64,000 nucleotides of DNA from Laetmonice hystrix (lineage: Eukaryota), in contig OZ249436.1 of assembly GCA_965235115.1 (NCBI GenBank), positions 54,314,001-54,378,000 of the forward strand, in the 5' to 3' direction. A program made the position numbers and the translations under genes. Numbering within the stretch: position 1 is the first letter of the stretch; each line of letters starts with the position of its first letter. The notes under the pieces were generated by a model that was given only the letters and a program-made list of their open reading frames with translations, was not told the origin of the DNA and did no database searches. Below are positions 28,761-44,082 of this stretch, one piece after another.

Positions 28761-30388
28761 AAATAAGGAAATTTATTTTTGGTGTAAATGCTTTGCTCAA
28801 TCAATGTACCGAGATTGGTGAAATAATCCTTTCCGTAACAAACGCACATCATTCAAGGATAATTTCAGGATAAACTGTGGACTGGCTCGGCTATATGTAC
28901 AGTTTGGTTGCATAATGTATTGTGAAATATTACACACAACTAGTTACTATATTCGTGTATATAACTACCTCTTCGACGACGCGACCTAAACGTGAATGAA
29001 GATGACCGAGATTGGAGTGAAATTTAAAGTGTCAGTAAAATCTAAAATGGAGATAAACTAAAGATCTCAGATCGAAGACCTGGGAATAGTTTTAGTGTTA
29101 GATATGTATCGCCTATACGTCATACAATAATGTGGGTGACATCATTATGTCTCGTTCAAAGTCATGGCTTGGTGTCAAGCGTGGGCATATCGGTGCGTGC
29201 TATCAAACGCTTTAACATGCCCATTGTAATAAATCTGTGAGTCACTTTGTAAACAGTCTCATTATATCGTATACACATGTACACATGTACGTCGCCACCC
29301 TGGCGGCATGTATTCGACTAGTTAGCGCCCCCGCTCGACCCACTGTGAGGGTACGCCCAGTGCAGGCTTCCGTCACGCGGCTGTTATTTCTGGAGCCTGG
29401 CGTAGTAAGGTATTCAGCGAGTAGCCCTGGAGAACCCCCAGATAGAACCATTCCTACCTGCCCAGGGTAACAACCCGACACGGCCACAATGTGACGTCCC
29501 ACAGCCAAACCATGCATCCAACCTCCTCACAAGACTGCCAAACATTGCTTAAACAATCCGCATTGTGGACATTTAGTGAAACACTATCTGGTTGTTTTCA
29601 CTATGAATTCATCATCCATGCTACAGTTACCGCTAGAGAGTGGGAATAATAAAAAGGTATTGTTACTCCGGTGGAAAACTTGGCAAACACTGGCTCACAT
29701 TGAGGCGATGGAGGCCAGGGTTCGCCAGCCGTTTAAAACCTCTGTCAGCTAATGGAATCATGGGAATGCTTTAAATAAATAATGGGGTCAAATCCTTGAG
29801 GGCGTCTAAAGCATGGGTCAAAACGATTTGACCTACAGCATTGGAGTAGATGTGCTTTTAACTTACAAATTGCACAGTGAGGTGCTACAATTTACAAAAA
29901 GCGGCATACCCTGACAGCAGCACGTTTTTATGGCGCAATCCCGCGTAAACATTGGCACCGAAATAGTCGTCGTGCTATTTGTATTAACAACCCTTCCAAC
30001 TGGCCTTTCCCGTCATCGATCAATAATTCAGGATTCTTAACCGCTACCCCGAGAATTACTCACATAAAATGATTACATAAGCGACGAGGCACATGTATAT
30101 CCTAGCCCCTGGCTGGAATGTACACCGCGAGATTCCCCCTATTCCATCCACATAAAACTCTAACGCCTGAAGAGCTGTATGCCTATTGAGCTGTGGGGAT
30201 GAATGTCAAATGCTGAAAATTATGTGATCGTTACCAATCAGTCAAACCAAACGGCCTGCATGAGTGGGGGTTGTGACGATTGTTACTTAAACCCGTATTT
30301 TATCATGGTTAATACCACCCAGACTAGAAAACTTTAGTTTCTTCTTTCTGTCGTTATTATACCAAGCCTGCATGGCTGCCGGAGACGT

Positions 30389-31075
30389 CTTGTCACCAGC
30401 CGTGAGGCTAAATCTGGTTGCCTGAGGCATCTTGCCACCAGCCGTGAGACTAAATCTGGTTGCCTGGGGTATCTTGCCACCAGCCGTGAGGCTAAATCTG
30501 ATTGCCTGAGGCATCTTGCCACCAGCCGTGAGGCTAAATCTGGTTGCCTGAGGCACCTTGCCACCAGCCGTGAGGCTAAATCTGATTGCCTGAGGCATCT
30601 TGCCACCAGCCGTGAGGCTAAATCTGGTTGCCTGGGACACCTTGCCACCAGCCGTGAGGCTAAATCTGATTGCCTGAGACACCTTGCCACCAGCCGTGAG
30701 GCTAAATCTGATTGCCTGAGGCATCTTGCCACCAGCCGTGAGGCTAAATCTGGTTGCCTGAGGCATCTTGCCACCAGCCGTGAGGCTAAATCTGGTTGCC
30801 TGAGGCATCTTGCCACCAGCCGTGAGGCTAAATCTGATTGCCTGAGACACCTTGCCACCAGCCGTGAGGCTAAATCTGATTGCCTGAGACATCTTGCCAC
30901 CAGCCGTGAGGCTAAATCTGATTGCCTGAGACACCTTGCCACCAGCCATGAGGCTAAATCTGATTGCCTAAGGCATCTTGCCACCAGCCGTGAGGCTAAA
31001 TCTGGTTGCCTGAGACACCTTGCCACCAGCCGTGAGGCTAAATCTGGTTGCCTGAGATATCTTGCCACCAGTGAC
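30389..31075. repeat. 42-bp minisatellite, ~16 copies
   Basis: Unit CTTGCCACCAGCCGTGAGGCTAAATCTGGTTGCCTGAGGCAT. Confidence 0.97.
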
Positions 31076-34000
31076 CAGACTGAATCTGGATGTCAGCGAC
31101 ACATTACTTCTAATCAGCACAGCAAATAAAGTTGTGCGGGTAATGAGTATTAGAGCCTACCCCATTCGACAAAAATGGCTGCCATGTGTATTACTTACCC
31201 TGTTTGATAGTTGGCACAGAGAACGTGAGCCAAGTTCGACAAAAAACGATCTCTGTTGTGACAGTATTTACACCGGAGATGAGACTTGACTTCACCTCAG
31301 TTCTGTTCTGTTGGACTTTGAGGAAGTAAACAGTGACATGCATCACTAAAAATGGAGCGGTTCTCTGGAGGCCAGCCAAGCCGGACAAATTTCTGTACAT
31401 GTGAACTTGGCATCAACAATCTCTCCTGATGGGTAAGATTCCTTCTTTTCGACTTCTTAAAGAACGCCTTCATGTCGTGAAATGAAATAAAAGTTATTTT
31501 GTTGTGGCATCGATATGCCTGACAAAATTCAAAGGCTTTTCATGACTTCTTTCTCATTCCTTTATATTTCTAGGTCGGGGCTCTCTTCCAAATATACTCG
31601 GTCAAAGCTATTTCAACACAGTCACTGATGTCGGTAATGTTTTTGTCATTGGACCTGAGTGCTCTTAGGGAACTGGATCTGTGCTCACTCACGTCTGCAA
31701 ATATTGTTGCAAATCTTATCAGCTAAACATGAGATCTGACAATACATTGCCAAGTAAACAAGAGAATCTGGCACTTATAATCTGTATAAGACATAATAGT
31801 TAACGTCATGTCTCTTATGAATCTGGCAAGAAAATTCTGAAGGGTTCACTGCACTGTTCGTACCATAGGCCTACTTGCTGTTTGGAATTGTGCGACAGCG
31901 AGTATTACAAGATTTCGCAAGCGTATTTGCTACACCCTATAGTCGTTCGGACGATAAAAATTTAGATCGATTATATTTAGTTAGATAAAAATATCTTTTT
32001 GTGTATTTGCTGAAAGCAATCCCCTTTGATGTCAAACTGGTCGGGGGCTGCTTCGACGGATGTTTTTTTAATGAGCAGAGTTTACGGTTACACGTGTCTA
32101 AGTTCATTCCTAATAAAAACCACTCCCAAAAATGGCAAGTCGTCCCACATTTGAACGTGCACAGCTTGACACTGTCTGTGGACATATAAAGGGCAGCAAG
32201 TTGATTCATTAATCATAGAATGAACATAACTTTTCTTCTGTCAGTCGTACTGAAAAAAAACCTAAGTGTGCATTCTTCATGTTGATGGACATCACGTAAC
32301 GAATTACACTGAACATTGATACTGGCAGAGGGAAGGAAACCCCCTATACACACTCAACTGTGCACAAGGGTTTCTGTCTTCTGGCAGGCGAGAGTCTCTA
32401 AACAGACTTATGCTTGATAGCATCTACAATTTATTTATACTACTTATTAATTCTGCTCACTACCAACTAAGTAATGTATCAATCCAGAAATATCAACAAC
32501 AAAAACATCAGGACAATGCCGAAACCCTACCCTAAAGTCCTGTGGTGATATTTTGAGACGGAATGAGACCTGCCCCCTATTTCACAAGCAACATGAGACC
32601 CTCGACATTATATCATATAAGCAAGAACATCCCAATATTCTTGATATAAGGTCAAACAAGAAGTGTCTATAAGCTGATAGTCTTGTCGATCATGTTGTCT
32701 TCATGGGGGTTGGGGGGTTTGGGGGGGGGGGTTGATAATCTTGCATTTCTGATTTTTAAAATACCAACGTTTTTAGTATAATGACCTTTTTAAACTCACT
32801 CCGGTTGTGTTTTCACAGGATGCAGCAATGAATGTTACAGTGGGGTCCTATCCTGTCGCAACAGAGGGCAGGTTGCATGCATGGTGATCATATTGTTTGG
32901 CTAGGCAGGCCGGCCACCATGCTGGGCTTATAATCAATGAAAACCACGCAATGGAGGTCGAATCAACACTTTGTGATAGCTTTGTGTAAAAGTAGGCATG
33001 CAGAGTTCAAGGAGTTAGTAGTGTAGGGGCCTACACTACTGGAGTTCGACCCTCAGTAGTAAACTCAGTGAGGCCGTAACTATCAGTTTATCAGTTATAC
33101 TACTCTTGGCGAGTTTAACCCCCAGATCAAATTCCCCCAGGTAAGCAGGGCGAGGGACATTCACAATTGTCGAGCCACTTCGACCAGATCCAATGCAGAT
33201 TTGGGGCGGCAGGCCCCCAGCTTGAAAGTAAGGGGGCCTTTGCCCCCTTGATCCCCCCCCCCCTGGGTTCCGGTGCCATTTTTGGATTCTCTGACCGGGT
33301 TATGGAGGCTTCTCATAGAACATTTGCAGAGATTCTAAAGTGCCTTAAGTGCCGACGTTAAATTCTAGCACCAATTATGTACCAATCCCTATCGCCTACT
33401 CCCAGAGTGTCAGATGTACGAGTCGTTGGGCATGCTGTGTATTTTCTCTGAACCCGGAGCCACGACAGGCTTCAGTCAGTGAGACCAATATTCTGCTTGT
33501 GTTGTTCCACTTACCTGGATGATTACTTATAATCCGGTGATTTGCTAATCACACCAACTCCGGCGGACTGGCCACCCAAGATCCCGCCAGGTATTGCTGC
33601 TATTAATGCCGGCGTCAATATAAATCCGTGAAAGCTGATGACAATATTATAAATCACTAATCTTCTTTCTCACTCCAGGGGCAGCGAGTGTGCATAGCTC
33701 GGTGTCACCTCGCCAGCTACCCACTGTCTCGGATTCCTACTCCACCCAGCACACCCACTCACTCACCCACCCCGGCCTGCCGTCCAGCCAGACGTACAAT
33801 AGCTCCGGTGTTGCCCACATTGGTATGATCCCTGAAACCCCGGCTCTAACAGTGGCGCGTCTGGCAGACTCTATATGCCATGACTGGGCGCTTACTCACC
33901 TTCCCGTCCACCGGCACCCGCCCAGACAGCCGACATGCCGCCCCCTCCCTGACTAGCACCGACAATCAATACAATGCCATTTACACACCCACTTTTTGCC

Positions 34001-37000
34001 CATCTCGTCCACAGTGAAACTGCAGGCCCTTCTCACCTTTAAGTGGTTATTTCTCTAGGAGCTGCCATCATAGGTTACCTAGGAGCATCTGACTCACTCA
34101 GCGTGCCAATTATTGTCCATACACTAATTTACTGATTTAATAATTAAAAATGAATGATAGGAGGACACTTGATACAGAAAGGTCAAAGATAAGTAGTTTT
34201 TTTCCTCCTGGGACGATACCAGAACTAGAACAACTCGTTTTAGTAACACACTGACCAGTCCACGCTGAACTTTTTACATAATGCGTAATATTCCATGCAT
34301 TGAGTCAATCTTTTGATAGGATAACACTGCACCTTTACAACTATGGCTGCATGGCTGCACTATAGTTAATATTTTCCTACCTTTCAATATAGAATGAAAA
34401 GACATAGCCTTAGTGACACAACAGGGACAAAACATCAAATATAAATTCATTTAGGGATAGTCCCCTACCCAGTACTCACGACTTACCTCAGGACCGCTAA
34501 GTTCGAAATGATAAAACTCCGACGACAACAGGCCTACAAGTGGCTCATAAAAGATCCGGCCAAAACATCTGTTACAATGACACTTGAACCATACGAAAAC
34601 TCCAATGAGACCAACTGTTACAAGCAGAGGCAACACATAACTCTCCAGTGAAACCATCTGTCACTGTGCTAAAGAAACATGTGAGATTACTACTCATAAT
34701 CAATACATGTAGGCCTATGTCCAAATTCGAACACCTGGGCCGATGCAGTTAAATACGAGGCGCCAGAAAATATTCAGAGTCTGGGTGGGGGCCTAAGGTC
34801 CGACTTACCCAAAGAGAGCAGGTCAAAAGACATTCAAACTCAAAGTCGCAGGGCCACTTAAGACTGAATCCTATGCCCAGCATGAAGGTTCGGGGCCTTG
34901 CCCCCCCCCCCGCCCCAGATTCCGTCGCCTCATTAATGACCGTAAATTAATAATGATCAATAACAAGCGTTGGCCTATGGGCGGGGGCCTATGATCGGCC
35001 CACCATGAATGACTGAAAAAAATGTGTGCAATTTTACGAGCTGCTTCCATATAGGAGCCAGATCCGGAAGAAACCTATCCACGTCCGGCATAATGTTTTA
35101 TACGCATGGCTCCTCATAATAGACGGCCGATTCTGACTTCGTGCCAGGTCTACTAAATCCTCATCAACCCCATTTACCGACTGTGCTCCCCACAATGGAC
35201 AAACAATGCCATGGCACGGGGACTTGGCATGCACGAATATAGACTGAGTGTATAGCCTCCATAGTAAATACCACAGTCCAGCCTCCTACTGCTCATCCGG
35301 AAGACCCCTCCTTCCGGCTGCAGCAGTTGCGACAGTGGCGGCGTGGTCTGTTACTAAAGACGTCACCCACGTCATGACGTCACGTCACGGCGACCGCAAA
35401 ACACACAATGGCCCACGTTGGACGTTTTCAACTTTCCGAGATAAGGCCAAGTTCGCGCCATACATGGCGTCGAACCTCCAACAGGTGGAGGCTACAAGAG
35501 AAAGTTACAGACCTTCACCCATGCCGGTATACATTGAGTGAACAACCAACTATAGGCCCTGCTCCCGTTGTCTGTCTCATAACCAGGGGTAATGGCTGGG
35601 CGGGGGTGGGGGGATAGCCTATCAGAAAGTTTATTTGGCATTTTCTGAAGGGTTTATTTTCGAGAGAAGTGTGTGAGTGATTGGAATTTGGGAAGTCTTA
35701 GGGCTTTGATGCAGCAGGCAATGTCATGCCTTATATAGCCTAATCGGACACAGAAGTGAAGGCATACCTGTAACTCCTAAAGAAAGAGACTCGTCTAAAT
35801 CCGAGACTATAGAAACAAGTCTCCAAATCCTATAGTTTCTGTGTTTGCACTCCGTGATGACTTCGTTTTGATGCCTACTGACGGTAATAACATTTCCTTC
35901 CGGCATTTCTCTTTCACTTTATCAAATTATGGCCGACTGATGAAAATGACATCAAAACTGTTATTTCCAAGTCGGTGTGTGGCGTGTCACGCCCCTGACA
36001 ACAGATCCTGGAAACGCCATACACAAAGAAAGAAACTGTTCATATTAGACTAATCTCTCCAGGCCAACGATCAAGGACCTGGGGCGAGCAACAATAGCCT
36101 CAAACCTCGCACATAATGTGTGAACAACTGTCAGCGAGGTACCAACTCTGCCACTGGTATAGATTATGTCAAGTTGTGACGTGGTCGGTCTTAAATTAAA
36201 AATGGATCTAATTAAGTTCGCCAAGCCCTGATAAATCATGCCTTTCTTTGCCAACATCTGTCGCTAAGCTTATCATGAAAAGATGGGGTTTCAAAACGCG
36301 GGGGGGGGGGAGGGCAACTGCCCATGTTCGGACACTGGTTTTTTGGTTGTTATCTTATAAAATTTCTTCACTTGGCCCCTGCTGCATGCATGGACATCAT
36401 TGTTTAGCTTTCAGTGCTATACCCACTCCTTGTCGGTTTTCTCTAAATGTACCCCCCCCCCCCCTACCTCTCTCTAGCGCCCCCCCCCCCCGCGCCAGTT
36501 GACATATCAACTGTCACAATTGGATAAATATGCGAGTTTACCCCTTTAATTGATTCATTCAAGTAAGTGTATAGTATGGAGGAAACGACCGACCTTCGTA
36601 TCAGTCCTAGAGTTGGCGAGGTGGGGATATAGCTGCTTCCCAAATTTTCAAAAGCAGAAGGTACCTATTTTCGAAAGCTACACCCTTTGTCTGCGCCCCC
36701 GTGCAGATTGTTTGGTGAACATCAGGTGAATATCAGCTTCCCTTTGATATACACAACTGTTGTATTGTTGTAACTCACTCACAGGACAATCCCCTGACCG
36801 CGTAATCAATCTTACCTCTATAAACATACTTCACAAGTCAGTGCTTTAGATAACTGACCTGTTTATAATACTACCTGGGAAAGGGGCAATGTACACTTAC
36901 AATCTAACACGTGTGTGTACCTGGGATCGTCCTGGCTGGGACAGAGTGCATGGGTGTCCTGTTCGGGACACGATCCTGTTCGGGACACGATCAAGGAGGA

Positions 37001-38371
37001 GGGTGGGCATGTACACAAAGCTTGCTGCCATAGTAACCACACGCGATCAACACGTGCTTCAGCTTTCTGCAGGACAATGGGAGCGTGTGCCATGCGCTGG
37101 GCCAACCAGGAGTCTGTCAATTCAGGAGCAGTTTCTTCATGTATTCATATCAATTTATCCTTCAATTTCGAGTGGATGTCTAAGTCAAACTTCAGGGCAA
37201 GGATACACTATAAATTCGTCCAGTCTTTTGCAGTTTATAGAACGTAGTTGTGCGTTCACCCATTGCCGGATTAATAAACAATTTATATTTGGGGTAAACC
37301 ACCGAATATATATATATTACTTGGGGGACCCAGTGTCGCCCTGGCATCCCACTGCAGCCGGGTATGCATCCTAGGAGCAGACTATTGATCACTAGTATGT
37401 AGGTCTATGTTATCCGGAAACACTCTTTCTATATGAATCCCACTGGACTCCAACTGATAGGTCATTAGTGTCGGCGACAGCTGAGCTGAAGTGAACAGTA
37501 CCGCGGTACGCAGTCAGTAGGCCTACTACAGGTACCAAGTGTCACCCTACAGTTACATCCCAACTCACACCGATTCCTCAGGCACTCGGAATAGGAATTC
37601 AGGCCTGGCCTCATCTGAAATAGACCAGCCTCCCTAATTATCATCCTACACCTACCTGAATATGGAAACGCCTCCTCAATTCAGCAGTTGTCTCTTGGCA
37701 ATCTTTAAGGCACGCTAATGTAACATACGATCAGGTCTGGACTGACCATCCTAACGTCCAGTCCACGCTATCTGGCACACGCATGCACGTACTCCACGAT
37801 CGACGCCCGTAGAGGCGCCGCGTGCTTTGGTTTGATAGATCCTTCCGCCCCGGCACAGCGCACAGCACAACACGGCCACTATGGTTGAGGTCTAATCCCT
37901 AGGACGGAGATGACAATAATGACAGCTGGAAATGTGCCGCATGGTCGACGACGTAAGCCCACTAAGTATCTGACCGACGGTGATTTGAGCTGGCCATGGT
38001 GACCGTCCACGCCACCCATCAACACCCAACAAGTCGGCACGCCGCCGGGTGCCCAGGCTGACCGAGCGAGCAGATCCCCCCGTGTTATGTTTGCGTAGTT
38101 GTGTGGGTGCTGCCGAGCCGCCAGGCGACGGCTGGTGGTTGCGATGCTCCGCCTCGTTTTCATCCTTAGATCACGTATCCGGTGAAAGCGCGCCAACCGT
38201 CAAATACGTCAGGGATCGAGGCCATGTCATGCACCACGCGGGGGACCGCTAAAACTGAGGGCTAACTTACTGCTTACTTTGCAGACCTACAATCTCTGTC
38301 ACTACCTCGTATCCAGCGTAAGCCTATACTATTGGGACAAGGGGGAGGCTCCTATTAAAATTACTGAAGGG

Positions 38372-38545
38372 CAGTGGCGGATCCAGGAAGGGCTCTGGGT
38401 CAACCACCTGATCAACCAATTTTCCTTTTCCCTTATGCATACAGAATTTGCTGAATTGACCACGCTACCCTCCCCCCCCCCTCAAGTATATTCTTCCCCT
38501 AACCCCCACCCCACGCCCTTACCAAAAGCTTGCATCCGTCCCCGA
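38372..38545. mobile_element. hAT-like MITE (CAGTGGCGGATCC type), decayed
   Basis: CAGTGGCGGATCCAG left end and degenerate GCATCCGTCCCCG right end. Confidence 0.5.
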
Positions 38546-39003
38546 TGAGTCAGAATTATTTAGTAAATCATGAAGACGTATAATAGGGTGTACACGTATT
38601 ATATAGAGGTTCAATCTTGCTATATCAAAGAAGTCGCCTCTGGGTGTGCAGCTGGCAGCCCGGTTTGCTTCCCTTGACTGGCAGACAACAACTATCATTG
38701 CAACAGGCAAAGAAGGCCTAAAAACGCAAGTAAGAGTCTCAGCCTCAACACGGGGAAAAATGTACGCATAGGCTACTGTGAAATTACTCTCTCCCTACAT
38801 GCATGGCTGCGAGTAGCCGGTCCCCTGCCAAACAGACGCGTCCGCTATGTTAGGCCAGGTCCTGGGTAGTTTCACTTGTCCGAAAACCGACAAGTGGAAA
38901 GAAGTTACTGAATGTCCAAGCACTTCCGCTTCCGTTGCATTGGTCAGCCTCAAGGGAGTGACCCATCTCTGCGTGGAGTGTGGCCATCATGGCCATGCGT
39001 GAT

Positions 39004-39171
39004 CAGGCCCGTAGCCAGGGGGGGGGGTCGTTCCACCCTTTAGTGCTGGATTTTTTTGTGGGGGGGGGGGGGCAGACCCCCGCTCATGTCTTCGAGCCTT
39101 CGCCTCCTCCTGGATCCACCCATGACTGCCCCCCCCCCCCCCCAACTCAGAAATTTCTAGCTACGGCTCTG
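39004..39171. mobile_element. hAT-like MITE (CAGG.CCGTAGC termini)
   Basis: CAGGCCCGTAGCCAG...CTAGCTACGGCTCTG inverted ends with poly-G/poly-C interior. A similar right end lies at ~44-57. Confidence 0.65.
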
Positions 39172-39913
39172 TGCTAGACCACCCAACCATACCTGTTCCG
39201 CCCATCGAAGTCCAGACCTCCCCCCCCCCCCCCCCCCAAACCTGGAAGGCTGGTGATGCACACAGTAAAGGCTGGCGTAGGGACCGATGACACTATGTCT
39301 AGTCCAGAAAAGCGAGATAAATTTACCATTGTAAAAGGATCGACGAAAATATCCGTATCTTGTTGGAGAAATACGGAGGGTGCGGAACTATCTTCGACGT
39401 TAGCGTCCATGTTTTCGATGGGTCAATCACATTGCTCTCTTCGGTTATCCTTCACCAGACTCTGCATACGTAGTCAATATAGACCTGAGGACCAGGCTAG
39501 TCTCAGAGTCCCATGTATTCAAAACTTTGCAAGGTATCTGAGCGTTTTCGTATGGCGACAAGAAGAAGTCACCTGTTTAGCCACAGGCTTGGTGATGCAT
39601 AGTCACGGATAGGGTCGGGAGGACAGGGGTGTGACTGTAGTCAAGTTCAGAGAGAAGAATATTTCCTTCTCCGTTACTTTGTGTGGATCTATTTGCGAGT
39701 TTTTTGAACTGCTAAATACCGGCTACGCTACAGAACCATGTGCATATTGTGAACTCACTTCAGAAGTTTCCATGACTGTGACGCTTTAAGAATGACATTT
39801 GGAGGCTGCTACACGCTTGTTTGTGAATTAGTGTAATTATTTTGAACATTATTATCTTGTGCAATATGTGGTTACGGTTATTATGTATTTTCACATTATG
39901 TCACTCAATTAGT

Positions 39914-40000
39914 GGCGGTGGCCTAGTGGGCATGGATGTCGACACCTTATGCTATGCGAATGGGTGCAGTAATCTTAGGGCCTGGGTTCGATTCCTGTAG
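39914..40000 (+). mobile_element. tRNA-derived SINE head (Pol III A/B boxes)
   Basis: A box TGGCCTAGTGG and B box GGTTCGATTCC (39985-39995). No convincing cloverleaf. Confidence 0.5.
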
Positions 40001-42299
40001 AGGACTATACAACTTTTCTCTTTAGGGACATTGTCAAAGTAATTGGGTTACCCCTGATGCCCGTGCATTTCAAAAGAAAAATACTATCACGAAAGTAATG
40101 AAGGGGAGGTTTATTTATTAATAAAGGGATATCTTTTCGGACGGATCGTGAAAATCATGAAGGGGGTATTTAGAAAGTGATGAAATGGGGGTTTATTGGG
40201 GGAATTGAGAAAAATATGGCGGGGAAGCTTATTACATTACAAAATCATGAAGATGCAGGCTTAAAGAAAATGATTTAGACAAACTAATCAAACTCTCCAA
40301 AAATTATTCCTGTAAAATCCTCATTCAATTTGAATAAGGGCACTTTGTTCAACAGGTGGGAGACATTACTATAATCTCCCCTCAAGGAACATTTAGCTTG
40401 TGGCCCTGGCTGGCACGGTTGTGGGTGTATCATATAGGCTACCTGCATACAGGCCTGCTCAATGTTTGACCTATAATGTTAACCTAACCATTCCACGAAA
40501 CATGTAATTGGTATCGGTCTTTTCAAAATATAAACTTTCTGCCCCGGAGGGCACTTGGCTATTCACTTTAACTGGGCCACGCTGTTCGCACTTCTTTGAT
40601 GTATTTTGCCCTAGTCACCTGTGGGTAACTAGGGCAAACCGCATCCCTGCATGGATGCTAAAGCCTATATATAGGCCTATATCCTGTCACTTTCACTCTC
40701 AGAGTGAAAGATCCGGAAGTTCTACCACTGATTTGATACCTTTCAATAAACTTTATTGTTGAAATCCAATAACCCTCATGATGTAATAATGATACGATCT
40801 GCGTCTGAAGCGATCCCTCTAATGTATAGGCCTTAACCATCGGCATACACTCCCCCTCCTTCATGGTCCGCCAACCTCGGCTGCATTCGTTCTGGTTGAA
40901 AGTAGTTCAAGAAAACAATGCCGCGTGAACCCGGAGCTATTGTCGCCGGGGAGGCACCCAAGAAAGCTGGGCCGGCGGGCAGGCAGCCGGCCGGCCGGCA
41001 TGTCAGAAATTCGGCCGCTCGTATACCAAGTGGGCGTGTCGGTCAACGATACGTGGTACCGGTATACAAATGTTGTAGGCTATACGCGCCCTACATTGAG
41101 CCACTTTACGACGCCGGGCAGGGCATAGTCTACGGATGAGTGTGGGGGCGACAGATACAAAACGTCTGCCTTCTCAAACAGGAAACAGGCCGGCACAGAG
41201 TTTAGCCTACGTATACTATACGACTGGCTGTCCCCATGCAGGAGTACAATTTGAGACTGACATATACACAGAGGCACCTGTCAGCCAATATTTTACGTTC
41301 GCTAAACAAGGATTTCCTGATTTTTTTTATAGGTCTTGACCTACATGACCACATAGGCCTAATATCATATGTGTAAAGATCCCTTTTCACTGTGTACACG
41401 GGCGCTTCCTTTTATAGATTAAATAATATAACTTCTTTTTTTAAATTTATTAATTTTTAAATATTAATTATTTTTTTAATTTTATAGAATCATGTAATCT
41501 ATCCCTGCACATTAACAGATGGCCATACCGCACAAACTCCCACTATATCTTAACTATAAAATTGCATTTAGGGCCTACTACTTGGGCTGGGGCTTAGGAG
41601 GTATACGAAGTACATGTATCTATATATGCTGTGACCAGTATCGGCCTAGCCCGGAGTGTGGACTCTAGTATGGGTGAATCAGCAACGTTCGGAATGGTGT
41701 TCCCCCGGCGACAGACAACGTTATAGCTGAGCTATATTTAACCGGCCATTCCATCTTGAACTCCACTATTTTCGTTCTGGACCTATGCAACACCGACAAA
41801 AAATATTTCTCACACAATAATAATTCACCGCTCGGTTCAGTGTTGCATGACGACCTAGATGACTCGCTGCCGGTCTTTCATCCTCAAGGGTTAGTGTTTG
41901 GGTTTCACATACCTCTGGTCTATAATAGCCACAGTACTTCACAACTCAGACCATCGCAACAGCACAGCATTCCGTTGTTCTGGTCAGTCCCGCAACAACC
42001 CGTGATATCATCAATGCAGCCTGCCACTTACCTGTCGTGATGAGAGTTGACAATGTCGGATTGTAACGTTGTAATAATCCACGCTTGATGACGTCGTCAA
42101 TGTGACAGCGCGGCATCCAACAGAATAACGTGCGTCTCTCTCAACACGTCAGCGTCTGGCGTCCCGTGCGATGTGTGTGGGACGCTCGCGGACCGTATAG
42201 AAGCAGCGTTTGTTGCGTGGTGGTATCCGTCAGTCAGCCGGCCGGGGAGACGCCCACCGGCCGGCCCGGCCCGGCTCCGTCGTGCGTGACTGTCAGAGC

Positions 42300-42462
42300 C
42301 AGTGGCGTAGTAGGCCCTATTTAGGGGGGGGGGGCATATTGGCCCATGCCCCCTTAATTAGGGTTGCCGATCATAGGTTATAACATTAGAGCGTTTTGGC
42401 CAAGCCCCCCCCCCCCACTCCTTTTTTTAATATGGTGGGTTTTTTTTCTAAATACGCCACTG
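42300..42462. mobile_element. hAT-type MITE
   Basis: TIR CAGTGGCGTA/TACGCCACTG with a perfect 8-bp TSD GTCAGAGC (42292-42299 and 42463-42470). Confidence 0.9.
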
Positions 42463-43089
42463 GTCAGAGCGTTGGAGACTTGCGGGAGTCCAATCGCAGA
42501 AGGTAACCTCAGGACAATAATTGAACAAGGGCCGGACACACCTTGAAGAGTATGACAGGCCTATGGGTCCCCGCGCAACTCGTAGGTCTATAGATCTATA
42601 GCTGTTCTGTGCCTTTAGTGGAAAGGGACGTAGCATAGAAATCTATTTTATACAGGGCAAAATATTCCTATATAACCCTTTAACCTTCTCAAAAGTTATA
42701 CGTTTTGCTCGCCTGGGCAATGTCTAGTTTCAGCTAATGTACAGTTAGGCTAGGCCTACACGTGGTATATTGATCATTCAGAACCACAGGATGAACAGTG
42801 GCCCCACATTTAATCGAAGGTCTGTGTTGACACGGCACTATACGAGAAATGGTTTTAGAAGAATGAGGCTAATTACCTTATAACAATCATGTAATGTTTG
42901 ATGTCATCAACCGCTGTGACCGACAACATGACACCACACCGTACGATACTCAAGGTCCTAAAGTAATAATTTGTTTATGTCTATGGATTGTTTATAGTGG
43001 TTGTTCTCCTATAGATAAAGAGAGATGAAGGAAAATACTTCATTCTATCTTCAGGTGAATGGATATCGGCCTAAGTGGGTGCATGACTA

Positions 43090-43492
43090 TAGTAGTGCTA
43101 CGTTTTTTCACTAAACGATACAATTTACGGTTCAAAAACTGACATATGAATACGATATGTTAATATTCTTTATTTGTTATCAAAAGGGCTTTAAAACGTG
43201 ATAAATAGTGATAGAAATCTAACGAAAGCCCGTGGCCCGTGGTGTCATACTGACATTGCGGCCATGTTCTCTATGTATTGCACTATTGCTCAATTTGTTA
43301 GCTGCATGGTATCCCCCTCCAGGGCAAACATCAAAGAGAAAGAGAGTGATATGGCATGTTTATTGTTATACGTGCAGTATTGATCAGTAATTAGTTTGAC
43401 TGTAATTTTGATACGTATCGTGATACGTATCGTATCGTGGAACAAATATCGAGATACGTATCGTCCAGACAGAGTGTATCGTCCCAGCCCTA
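43090..43492. mobile_element. hAT-like MITE with CGATAC/GTATCG sub-repeats (right end clear, left end decayed)
   Basis: A GTATCG repeat cluster at 43410-43482 ends in CCCAGCCCTA. An older similar copy is probably at ~6550-6780. Confidence 0.5.
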
Positions 43493-44082
43493 ATGGGCAC
43501 AAGTCAGCAGAACACCAAATAGTCCGGTGGAAGGACTTCCGTTTCCGTAACGAGTGTGTGGGAGTGATACGGTCGTGGGGGATTCTGTATCTAGAATCTA
43601 TATTCATACCCGTGACGTTACGGCAGTTCACCAACTTGAGCCCCTAATGAGTGGTAAATTAATATGAAAATAATGTTATTTGATAAATTAAGTTGAATTC
43701 TTGGCGCTGATCAAATTTATAAATTTAAGGAACTAATTGTTCTATTTCATTATCACACAGCCGGAAATTGATATTGATGTGGTTCTAACAATTTTAATAG
43801 GCGTACGACTGCTGGTCAAAAACGGCACTTTTCTATGATCAGAGATCTAGGCCTGCGCCTATAAATAGGCCCCATTTTTAAAGCTAATATTGATGTCGAT
43901 GGCGCGTGCTACCATGCAGTGCCGGCCCGCACGCCTGGCGTGGCGGGAACGCAATATTCGGTCTTCCACCAGGTGGCGCGACAGCACTACCGCATAGTCA
44001 GAACATGCCAATAGGTGTCAGCACAAATCCAACGCAAGAGACCGCCATGTGGGAAAGACGAATGAATTTGTAGTTATATGTC

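Noticed and set aside
30287..31068. 220-aa and 244-aa repetitive ORFs
   Set aside because: By-products of a 42-bp minisatellite (a multiple of 3), open in several frames, with no splice or domain support.
35930..35985. CTGATGA hammerhead-like core
   Set aside because: No proper stem II or GAAA, and stem I overlaps the cleavage triplet. Other CTGANGA hits I inspected also failed.
39914..40000. Functional tRNA gene
   Set aside because: A and B boxes are present, but there are no consistent acceptor or anticodon stems. Treated as a SINE head.
40260..40390. Possible second Penelope RT relic (IQFE*GHFVQQVG..SP). Similar faint LINE-like traces lie near 5400-5470, 12700-12960 and 31560-31720
   Set aside because: Too short and degenerate to support without a profile search.
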